Assembly (NCBI GenBank): GCA_964016885.1
Contig: OZ024755.1
Location: 20,584,001 to 20,648,000, forward strand
Direction: 5' to 3'
Source: Eledone cirrhosa
Taxonomy: Eukaryota
DNA: 64,000 nucleotides
Shown: one piece after another, positions 25,656-36,980 of the stretch
How positions within the stretch are numbered: position 1 is the first letter of the stretch
Layout of the letters: the number at the start of each line of letters is the position of its first letter
Notes under the pieces: generated by a model
Databases searched by the model: none
Seen by the model: the letters and a program-made list of their open reading frames with translations, nothing else
What the model was told of the DNA's origin: nothing
Position numbers and translations under genes: made by a program

Positions 25656-28620
25656 ATTACTCTCAGTTTAAAGAGGAGGAACGAATATATTCTATTTAAC
25701 GTTCTAAAGACTCAGCCTATTCACCGCGTTCTGGATATCATAAATATATTATATATTAGTGTATGTGTGTGTATGTATTCTCTCTCTCTCGCTCGTCTGC
25801 AAATCTGTCTGTTTATTTGTTGTGAGTGAGTATTAGTTGAATGAGCGAATAAAAGAAGGGTTTTTTTTTTTTTTTACATGGTCTCAAACCAAATATAGAT
25901 GAGTGTACATTCCCAACAGAGGAAACATTGAACTAGTTAATAAGACCTCACCATACTGTATACTGTATCGAGAAAATCTTTCTAAGAAACCAACGATGTA
26001 ATTTGAACAAACAACTTACTTTGATATGTAAAAATCTGACTCTGGCAGAAAGTGAAGGCCCCAATAATTAACATTAACAACACGTACCAAGGAGCTTGAC
26101 ACTACTTCAGTTATATTGGTATTTCTAGTTAACATCTGTTTGAGAATTTTCATCCAGAATAGAAATAAGAGTCGCGATGTATTTCTCCGTGGAATACGCT
26201 AAGGAAGTGATGCTGTAGTCTCATAGATGCGATGGAAATCATCGGAAAAGATGAACTTTTTGAAGCTATTTTTGTAAATATATATATTTTCTTTTATTTA
26301 GCATTTTTCTTTCAGATTGAGTGAGAAAGAAAATTAAATAAGAGGGGAAAAGATTGAGATAGTAAAAAAATAACCCCACAATATTGGAAAGGGAAGCAAA
26401 TAGTAAAAATGTGATCTGAAACTGTCAAAAGTTGGGTTTTTATTTAATTCTTAGTTTTTAGTATGGCATAAAAACTTAGATGATTTTATATCAGAAACAT
26501 ATATCCTGACTTACACACATACACACAAAACAATGTATAACTATATCGATGTAAATCCAGATAAATATGTCCAACTACACATGGATACAAACTGCATGTA
26601 TGAACTCACACAAATATATATATATACATATATACATACAAGGGCCTTGTTTCGGGGAGGTACCAGGGGACAAGCCCATCTCCTCTCCTTATCTGAATAC
26701 AGCAGATTTCTTCCAGAGAAGGATAGAAAGTGAAAGAAAGGAAGTGAAAAAGAGATGTAAAGGAAGAATCGACCCCAGTACTTGACTGTTACTTTTTTTT
26801 TATCGGTAGGATTTGAACTGAGAAAGTAGAGAGCCAGAACGAATACCCCAAAGCATTCTATTCAACGTTCTAACGATTCTGCCGATTCACCTCGTCCTGG
26901 ATATCATAACCTTCTTCAAGTTGCCAGTTCTGACGTTGTTGCTTTTCTTTTCTCCTCCATTCAGTATATTTGAACTCTTTAGCAATCCTTAAGTTTCCTG
27001 ACTTTCATTTAGAACCAAATGTCAGAAATGTTGAAATCCAAATCAATTTAAATTAATCAAAAAGTTGACAGTTGTTAATTAGGAATTAAGTTGTTGAAAC
27101 AAGTCTAGTATACGTTATTGTGGTCATAGTAGTAGTAGTAGTAGTGGTCAATGTGTCAGGCAGGCACGGCTGGCTGTCTGGCTGTGGCCGATAAGGTGAG
27201 AGACAGTAGGGTCAGGAGAGAGAAAGGGTAAAAGGTCTGATGATACCTACATCGTTATCACTCGCTGACTGTTGCTTCGGGTCTGTGTTGGGTTTCCTTA
27301 TAATAACCCTACAGATAGAAGGATGTGTATATGAGTTGATTTATGGGCAGCCATGTGGATATCGTCTCCCAGGAAGCTGGGGTCACAGGTCAAGTAATAT
27401 GTACGTTAATCATCGTTGTCTTTTGACAAGACAATGGTGGGAACCTCCGACGATAGATGGTCCCAGAGGGGAGAAACCTCAGATTCGGTTTCGAATCTTC
27501 GCCGGTAAAATATAGTATTCCATTATACACTTAATTATTAGCTTCTTATCTGAGTTTATTGAAACATTGGGAAACGAAATTAATAATTGTTTCTACTTTT
27601 GGCACAAGGTCAGCAATTGCCTCAGCGCATTACTGGTGCTTTATTTTATCGACCACGTAAGGATGAAAGACAAAGCTAACCTCGGCGGGATTTGAACTCA
27701 GAACGCAAAGGGCCATAACTAGGCTGCAAAGCATGGCGTCTGACGCGAATGGTTTCTGATTTAGCCACAAGTTCAGTAATTTTGGGGAGAGGGGAAAGTC
27801 AATTAAATCGACCCTAGTGCGTGACAGGTACTTTATTTTATCGACCCCGTATGAATGAAAGGCAAAGCTAACTTCGGCGGGATTTGAACACAGACCGTAA
27901 AGGGTCGTAACTCTGCCGCTAAGCATGTTGTCCGACGCTCTCTCAATTCTCCCTAAATAACTTTGTGGATTGATAAGAATAAAGACAGTTGCAATAAATA
28001 AATCAGTGAAGTTCCCTCAATTGGTGCAGCAAGTCGTTGGGGTGGGGTACTCTAGACGTTTCACTGGGTGCCCATCGTGGCATTTCAGTGAGCCTTAGTC
28101 CAGTTTATATCAAAGTATCTCACTTATTTTAACTTACCCGAGTCTGAGGTGTAATTCAGGTGAGAACCGGTGTATCCGCCCATCCCTAAGTATTCTGTAG
28201 TCGAACATTAAAGTACTGTCTCCACCGAAACACCCCAGTTTTTAGATAATGTTTCATTAAATCCTGACTAACGGTTTGTCCAGTCTTAAAATAATTCTTC
28301 AAACCACTTTACTTTCGTTTCAAAGGGACTGTAACCGAAGCACTTGCTTGACGATGGTGTGGGGGGGTCCTTCTCTGAAGACCTTATGCTGTCCAGCTCC
28401 CGTCAGAGCTGGTTACCACTGCCCAGTATTAAAATAACAATTCTTCAAACAACTTTACTTTGTTTTTAAAGAAACTGTAGCTGAAACACTTACTTGGGGA
28501 AGAGGTGCTTCTTCTCTGAAGACCTTCTGTTGTCCAGCTCTCCTAAGTTTCTTACCACTCTTCTGTTTCGAAATAAAGATTCTTTAAATCCTAGATAACG
28601 AAACGTAGAAATAAACCTTT

Positions 28621-28666
<46 letters not shown>

Positions 28667-30324
28667 CGTTTCGTTACGTTTTCGACCACAGCCGAAATTC
28701 GATCTCGATGAAATTATATATATATATATATATATACTAGTGTTAATAGGTTATCTGTAAGCTAGCTCATTTGAGATGGGCATTGAGCTTTGAATCTGGC
28801 GTTGAATAAGAGTTGATTATTGATTAGTAAAAAGTTCTTTTCAATCTATTTCAATTCCCTTCGCTTCAACTTGTCATTTTACATCATCTTATCTTGAAGT
28901 TTTTTAATCATTTTCGCAAAAATGTTAAATCTTTTTCAAACGTTTGCAATTAATATCCCAAGTCCCTTTAACACCGCCATCCCACCCACTTCCAGAAGTT
29001 GCTCACCAAGTATTACATTAACACACCCACTCACATCAATACACTTTGAACATACAGTTCATACCCTCACAGTACAATATAAGGCCCTCCCACCGTATGC
29101 CCGCTCATATTTCTGATAGACGCAAACATTAGTGAGATTAATTAATTGTCATGTTTATGTGAAGGATTCACTGTGGAATGTAATGAAACATATTTACTAG
29201 TTCCAAACACAAGAAATATAATTTAGACTTGTTCCTGTTTTTGTTTATTTTACCAACTTTATTTACAAGCTGAATCTCGGACAGTAACTTGTGACGAAAA
29301 CTGTTTCGTTCATCAAGATCAATGGATCGTTTCTATCGGTCAACGATAATCTATATATCTAATTAATCCTACTATGTCAACATTTTCAAAAGACACATCA
29401 TGAGCAATAAATCTTATTGGATTCGATCGGTCTTTTCGATGTGTACATAACAACGACTATTGGTTGAGATGACTGATTGTGTAATGCGATCGATTGAAGA
29501 CAACTGATGTTGATTGGTTTGTAGGTTATGAATGATCGATACACATTTAAACAACATAACAGTTTGATATTGATAAGAAATTTTGGTAAATTAACTGAAT
29601 AAGATTTAGCAATATCTCAAATTAAATAAAAATCTTTATTCGAAGTTTTGTCTACAAAATAGAAAAAAGTCTGAATTTCTGTCGTTCATTAGTAATGAAG
29701 AATGAAGTAAAGTTTAATAGAAGCCAGTTAAAATGGTATCAATCTTGATACAAGAGAGGAGTCTTGAGAATTATATAAACTTCTATATTGTTAAATATAT
29801 CTGCTGGAGAATTTAGGATTGCCAGGAATATTTAGTCTTAAATATCATCTACAGTTTATCATTGAATATATGAGTCTCAACCCCAAGGACTCAAAAAGAC
29901 CATTACGCATTGGGGAAGAAAGCACAGCGAGCCAAAAGAGAAATGAGGGAAGAATTTAGGATTGTCAGGAATATTTATTCGTAGAAAAAATCATTTATAA
30001 CTTTCATCAATATATATATATATATATATTTATACCGAACCACTTCACTACATGGCCACCGGCATATCCTAAAGAGTGCATAAATGCACCAATTATTGCG
30101 TAAGAATCTGACGAAGTCACATGAATAACCATTTAACAGAAATATATATAATGCAATGAACAATTATGGTGATTTAATCCCGACTTTACTCTTATTTGAT
30201 AAATGAATACTCCGTCACCTACCTGGGATAAACTACTGATATGTAGTGCTTTGGTTAGCAAGGACCTGCTTATTATCAGGAAGTTACTACGTAACAACTA
30301 AGATAAGCAACACTCTTGTGCAAT

Positions 30325-30379
<55 letters not shown>

Positions 30380-30594
30380 CAATATATTAATTGTTTCTAT
30401 TTTAGGCACAAGGCCAGCAATTACCCAGTACATTACTGGTACTTTATTTTATCGACCCCGTAAGGATGAAAGGCAAAGTTAACCTCGGCGGGATTTGAAC
30501 TCAGATCATAAAGGAACGTAACTCTATGCTTCAAAGCATGGTGTCCAACTCTCTACCGATTAATAAATGGAAACTATATTTATAAAACCATAAT

Positions 30595-30659
30595 TATTTT
30601 ATTATATATATTTCAAGGGCAACCAAGACAATCTTGGTGTGCTTTCATCAGATAAAATA
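30595..30659 (-). ncRNA. Type I hammerhead ribozyme, intact core, palindromic stem III (Penelope-like pLTR type)
   Basis: Minus strand reads TATTTTAT-CTGATGA-aagcacACCAAGAttgTCTTGGTtgccctt-GAAA-tatata-TA-ATAAAATA. Stem I is 8 bp and perfect, stem II is long, stem III is the palindrome ATATATAT. Confidence 0.8.
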
Positions 30660-30738
30660 CAAAATTTGTTTTATAGTGACATAACCATGGACAACAACCT
30701 TGACGGTTGAAAATTCGCTGGATTGAATATAACTTCTG

Positions 30739-30789
<51 letters not shown>

Positions 30790-32063
30790 AAAGCATAGAC
30801 AATGTACATAAAAGTGTAAATTAATTACCAACGATGTAATTTAAAATTTCAACAAATGTACAGAATTTATCACATGACACGTAATTTGACAATCAGTTCC
30901 AGTGTCTTATGTCAGGAGACAATATACGTGTAGCAACGTTTTGTCTGACATCAACAGCAGAATAATTAACAAAAATAATAGGAATTTATTTTATTGTCCT
31001 TCTTTATAGAAATGTCTTCTATGTCTTCTCCGCCTTCGTTGTGTCGTATTTTGTGGTCATTTATAGTTTTACTACAGATCTAGATACCCAACATATACAT
31101 ATTTCGAAGAAAGATTTTTTATTAATTATTAACATAGTGGAGGTGCGTAGCTTAGTGGTAAAGGTGTTGGACTTGAGATCATAATGTCGTGGGTTCGATT
31201 CCTGGGCTGGGTTGTGTGTTGTGTTCTTGAGCAAAACACTTCATTTCTCGTTGCTCCAGTATACTCAGATGAAAATGAGTACCAGCAATAGCTGGGAGTC
31301 TAACCCTGTGATGGACTGGCATCCTTTCCAGTGGAGAGTCATGTACTCTCAGTCGCTTCATGTCACAGAAACCAGAATAATCACCTGCCTAATGAGCAGC
31401 CGGGATTGAGACAAACTTTAACTTTAAACCCCATTGTGGAATCCAACTCGAGACCTTATTCATTCAAAGTGAATTTCTAAACCAGCTGCACATAACTCCT
31501 CCTCCGCCAACTAATGTATTTATTTACATCTCATTAAATGCTAGATTTAGTTCAGATAATACTTTATATTTTGTCGAGCTATGTGCTTCATATTGACAGT
31601 CTGTATAAATTCCAAGCCTGCATAGAATACTAACAAAGACACATCTAGAGGCTCTATAGATTTTAAAATGAAATGATGACCTTTTCCTTAATAATTCATC
31701 TGGTGAGTGCTTCCGGATGAGAGGACTGAAGTATCCTAAGAAGGACAACAACGAGTTGTTGAATTGTTTAGCAAGGTTATAATAGGCGATTGAACAAACA
31801 AAATTTATTTCGTTTTCTCTCCACCCTCCCCTCTCTCTACGTATCTCATGCACACAAACACTCACACCACACAGACATATATACAGGCACTCAAACACAC
31901 ACAAATGTGCATGAGAGAGGATACGCATACATACACACACATTTATAATGTCCAAAATCGATTCATTATGTATAGATAAAAATAGATCTCTCCATCTATA
32001 TATTTAACTGCTTATCTCACACACTCTCTCGCGTTCTATTTATCAATCTATCTCTCTGTATGC

Positions 32064-32119
<56 letters not shown>

Positions 32120-32124
<5 letters not shown>

Positions 32125-32643
32125 GCGGTTGCGCTGGTATGGACATGTGATGCGTATGAAGGATGATAGCTGCATAAAAAGGTGCAGAGCACTAGAAGTT
32201 GATGGAAACCGCGGAGTGGGAGACCCAAGATGACCTGGGATGAGGTGATAAAAGCCGACCTTACCCAATTACACCTCTCAAATGACACACGACCGTGACT
32301 TCTGGCGTCACGCAGTAATACAGAGTACCCGACCTCCCATGGGTACAAGCTGAAGCATATAGACAATATGCCCCCACCGCAAGGTGGTCGTGGAGGTGCC
32401 ACGGAAAAAAAGCACCCAGCCCACACTGTAAAGTGGACGTGTAGCACCACGGAAAAAAAGTACCCAGCACTCACTGTAAATGAGGTTGGTGTTAGGAAGG
32501 GCATCCAGCTGTAGAAATCAAGCCAAATCAGTTCCTGTATGAGCAAGGCATGGTCAGCCGACCAGACACTGCCCACAACAGGACAACCCGTCTAACCCAT
32601 GCTAGCGTGGAAGAACGGACGTAAAACGGTGATGATGATGATG
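32120..32643 (+). mobile_element. RTE-clade LINE 3' end with (GAT)n tail
   Basis: RRLRWYGHVMR..GRP..TW motif; the 3' tail AACCCATGCTAGCGTGGAAG..GATGATG is shared with many short copies in the window. Confidence 0.8.
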
Positions 32644-32989
32644 ATATATATATATATATAATCATTTATGTTACGTTGCTTACCAAGGGTAGAACCGGTG
32701 GTTTGGGTTGGTAAACGATGATGCAACAAATTAATTAAAACAACGTTATGTAAATCCTCCATCGTAGCTGTGGTACCCAGTAGTTGGTGCAGGAACGGAG
32801 TAAAGTATTCATTAAAACAACAACAGGTCTGATTGGAAAATTTACTTTAGAATTTTAAAATGCGTCCTGTTAAAATCTTTCCCCACCCCACCCAACACCC
32901 CCACCCAAATGGAGATTGAACAACCCGATCTCCAGGAAACGAAAAGGTAAGTGCATCTTTTCGTCCTTTTCGTCAACTCTTCTTCACCA

Positions 32990-34075
32990 ACATGGTTAAC
33001 TTACGAGCTGGAAGTGTGAATGTGAGTGGCCTAGGGATGCTGTGGAAACAGGGCCAACTTTTAAACGACCTTAAGTCACACGGTATGGATGTGATAGCCA
33101 TCACCGAGTCCAGGATCCACAACAAGCAGCAACTAACTCCCATCTTCAATGTCTTTGAGATCTACGCATCTCTCTGTCATCCAGGAGGTGGAAGGGGAGT
33201 GGCTGTCATCCAGGAGGTGGAAGGGGAGTGGCTGTCATGTTTCGGAAAAACCTGGACCTCGAATTACATCAAGTACACTTGGACCCGGAGTGTAGACTGG
33301 TAGTCCTAAACGTGAACAGTGTCGGAGCCTTCAGACTGGTGGCCGTTTATGCCTCGACTGGGCAATCGCGGCTCGACCTCTTTAAGCGTCTAGTCTTTTC
33401 TGGGAGCGTCTCGCTCCTTGATTTTAGTAGGGGACTGGAATGGTATCCTAGACGCACGATGGGACTATGTCGGAGCATGTCCCAGTAGAGGGGGTGCAAC
33501 AGCCTCAAAAATTTAATCGGCCAATTTCAACTGGCCGATAGGTATCGACTAGATTTGCCGACTGCACCACAGGGGACGTGGACAAACCACAGCAGGACAT
33601 CTAGATCGTATTTAGATAGATTCTTCATTAGAGAGAGAGACAAGAAGATGTTAAGCTGTCCATAAATGCCTTTCTCTCCGGACAACAACTCATTCCCTTA
33701 TTTAAGTACCACTTTAGAAGGAGAATCAGAGTAGAGAGAGAGAGGCACTGCACCCCAGTATATTTACTGAAAGGTGGGTGAATGCAGAAAAAAATGGTCC
33801 GAGTGACTGGGGGCCTTCTCTGTATATAAACTTGTAGGTTGAAGAAAAGAGCACTTGCACAACACGCTCCTGAAGTTGAGGGCTGTTCTATCGACGGGGT
33901 ATTAAACAACCCATTTGTAACGCCTCTCCCCTATTGGGGATTTCGATTGTTAAATTTGTTTGTTGAAAATATTTTTTTTACACGATTGTATGTAAAATCC
34001 CCGGCATATGTCCTTGTATTGTCCCCTTTTCTTGTGCGCCCTTGTGGCAAATAAAGAAATATATCTATCTATCAA
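32990..34075 (+). mobile_element. Tx1/L1-like LINE remnant (AP-endonuclease N-terminus and deleted 3' end)
   Basis: LRAGSVNVSGL..DVIAITES, RLVVL..FRLVAVYA, GDWN-like motif and SYLDR-like motif in shifted frames; ends AATAAAG plus (ATCT)n. Confidence 0.7.
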
Positions 34076-35074
34076 TCAATATTCCCCTGACCCCCTCTCT
34101 CTGTTTTTATAGACCTGATATCATGCCTGTAAAGAGATTTTTTTAATAACTTGATGGAAATGATCAAATTTATAACTAATCAAATGTATAACTGATTAAT
34201 AGAATGTTTATAAACCTCTCAAAACTGATCAATAATAATAAGCCTTGCCATCTTCTAAACATCTCCATACCATCCTATTGATATCGGAATTTTTATTTCT
34301 CTACTTCAGATTATTTTTTTAAACATATTTTTTTTATTTTAGTTCATATGTACAGTTTTGTTGGTGGGAATAAAAAATATTCAAAATTGTTTTAATAGTG
34401 TTTGCTTTTTAATTCTAATCGATCAGGACAAAGTCCCAAATGTCACGACACTATGTCAGATCTGTTATGAAACGATAGAGGGAAGAAAAAGGTAAAGAGC
34501 AAAGGTGAATTAATCTTCTTTCTAAATCATTAAAGTTGATTAGGTTAAAACAATGAGACATCAGTAGAAACACGTAAACTAATAGAAATACTGGATTTTG
34601 GCCGAAAATTATCTGATTGTTTATTATTCGTAGTTGAGTATGATTGATAATGGCATTTAAATGAGTATAGCTGAAATATTGGTGACAAAATAATTAGTTG
34701 ATATCCAGTCACTTCGGTAGTTCTTTAGTGATGTGATTCTCGGGTTCTCGTCAGAGATTCATAAGAAACTTTGAAGCATTCTATTACTCATTTAAGGTGA
34801 CAAATTGGCAGAGTCGTTAGAACGTCGGATAGAATGCCTTATGGTATTTGTTCCGGCCGGCTCTCTGTTCTCTGAGTTCAAATCCCGCCGAGGTCAACTT
34901 TGCATTTCTTCCTTTCGAGGTCAATAAAAAAAATTACCAGTCTAGTACTGGGTTGATTCTTCCTTTATATCTCGTTTTCATTTCCTTTCTCTCACTTTCT
35001 ATCTTTCTTTGGAAGAAATCTGCTGTAAGCAGGCTTAGATGGGGATGGGCTCCAGGGTTAAAGAATGCCTAAGT

Positions 35075-35600
35075 AACGCCGTATGTCAATACGGTGCCTC
35101 TACAACTATCAGAATAGAGAAGATATTTCTCCGGAGGATGGTGTGGGAGACACGCTGGAAGAGCCATCCCAGTTCGCGAGGCTCACACCTGCGGGTCGCC
35201 AACTCTGTGCCGATGGTGGTGAGCAAGGATGTGGCCCTAAGGCCAAGGACACGAGAAGTCTCCACTGCCACGGACTCGACCGCAAACTTGTCGGAGAGCG
35301 ACCGATATTTGGACCCGATATTTCGACCTGAAGTGCAACAGAGCCTGGGTTAGCCGCAGACAGCACCAGCTTGCCGCTGGAGATTGTGTCGCTGCATGTA
35401 GCATCCCAGATGAGGGGTTTACCACCGCAGAAGAGGAAGCTGGTCATGCCGTATGGCCTTTGGCCGTCCCCTCGGTCCATCCCCGCTGGCTCGAGCTGAG
35501 AGGGAAAGCTTGCAGCATCCAAGCCTTGGTTGATAACCTCGTTGAGAGCAGCATGGTGTAGAAGGCGGCCGATACTGTAATAGCAGGGCAACGGGTGGAG
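35075..35600 (-). mobile_element. CRE-like non-LTR retrotransposon C-terminal RLE fragment
   Basis: HAALNEVI..LEPAGMDRGDGQRPYGMT..GGKPLIWDATCSDT, then in another frame AVETS..LFQRVSHTILRRN; GC-rich relative to flanks. Confidence 0.75.
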
Positions 35601-36297
35601 GCCGAAACTGTTTCCGGTGTATTAACCCGTACATATACACATGTCTACTTTTCAAATAAGAATACATGTTAACCACAACCATAAACATGTATTCTTTTAT
35701 AGTTGGTAGGAACGAAAATGTTCTTTACAGAATTTAGTTTTCTACTGTGAGCCCAAACCACGTCGGAAAGTATTTCAACTGTCGATAAATAAGTAGCAGT
35801 AATACATATACTTCCCAGAAACAAATTGCATTTTGTTTCTAGCAAAAGAAACCATAATAAGGAAATATATATTTATAAATAATATAAATATATAGGTACT
35901 GAATAGATTAGGAACCTGTGACATGCTTCTATGTAGAAAGATAATTGACTTAGTTTCATATTATCATGTTTAAAGGGGGAATGCTAAATGAAACAGCTAA
36001 CACATGCGAATCATCTAACCCATTTATTTAATGTCTACAGTGAAGGTAGCACAGTAGTAACATTTACATATTAATCTCACCTCAAACAGAAAATTGGTTA
36101 AAAGCAACACCAACAAAATACATTTTTTTCTTTTGTATTCTAAATACTATGTCCCAATATTACATTCTAACAATTCCCAATTCCTCCTTTCGCTATTCAA
36201 AATTATATACTTGGCAATAGTTATATCACCCAATTTGGTTTTTAAAAGTATTATGGCTTTCTACAACTTCGTCTTAGTAAATACTAAAACCAGCAAA

Positions 36298-36466
36298 GTG
36301 ATGAGCATTTTAAGCTGGTCAATTTTTACAACGAAACAACCCTGTCATCTATTTCCAGATTACATAAAACCACTGTGAATTTATTAATCAACTACCTTTT
36401 GTTATATATTTTTAATACCAATAAAGTCAGTCCAAGCTGCAAAACTCTTACGTTTCACTGCTAATC

Positions 36467-36504
<38 letters not shown>

Positions 36505-36668
36505 TAAGCAGTGAAACGTAAGAGTTTTGCAGCTTGGTCTGTCTTTATTGGTATTAAAAATATATAGCAAAAGGTAGTTGATTAATAAATTCACAGTGGT
36601 TTTATGTAATCTGGAAATAGATGACAGGGTTGTTTCGTAAAAATTGACCAGCTTAAAATGCTCATCAC
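36298..36668. repeat. Inverted repeat of about 165 bp around a (TA)n spacer
   Basis: 36298-36462 is the reverse complement of 36507-36668 apart from 3 substitutions and one 3-nt indel. Confidence 0.95.
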
Positions 36669-36669
36669 A

Positions 36670-36747
<78 letters not shown>

Positions 36748-36789
36748 TTCATTAATCTTTTGCCAACTTCTCTGCAACTATTATTTTTT

Positions 36790-36980
36790 GGTGGTGGATT
36801 GGCAGTATCGGTAGAGGGTCGGACGCCATGCTTTCCAGCATAGTTACGTCCCTTTACGATCTGAGTTCAAATCCCGCCGAGGTTGACTTTGCCTTTCATC
36901 CTTACGGGGTCGATAAAATAAAGTACCAGTAATGCACTGGGTAATTGCTGGCCTTGTGCCTAAAGTAGAAACAATTATTA
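36790..36980 (+). mobile_element. tRNA-derived SINE, full-length young copy (dominant family in the window)
   Basis: A box TGGCAGTATCGG, B box GAGTTCAAATCC, core GCCTTTCATCCTTACGGGGTCGATAAAATAAAGTACCAG. Near-identical or related copies at about 1-80, 9607-9730, 17105-17250, 27585-27945, 30390-30560, 39095-39275, 42025-42460, 44090-45140, 48128-48313 and 61270-61510. Confidence 0.85.

Noticed and set aside
28664-28715. CpG-rich insert of about 50 bp between (TA)n tracts, with CGAAA on the minus strand
   Set aside because: Too short and lacks the 5' core; cannot be called a ribozyme, though it may be a cassette fragment.
36790-36880. tRNA gene (A and B boxes)
   Set aside because: Head of a multi-copy SINE; no complete cloverleaf.
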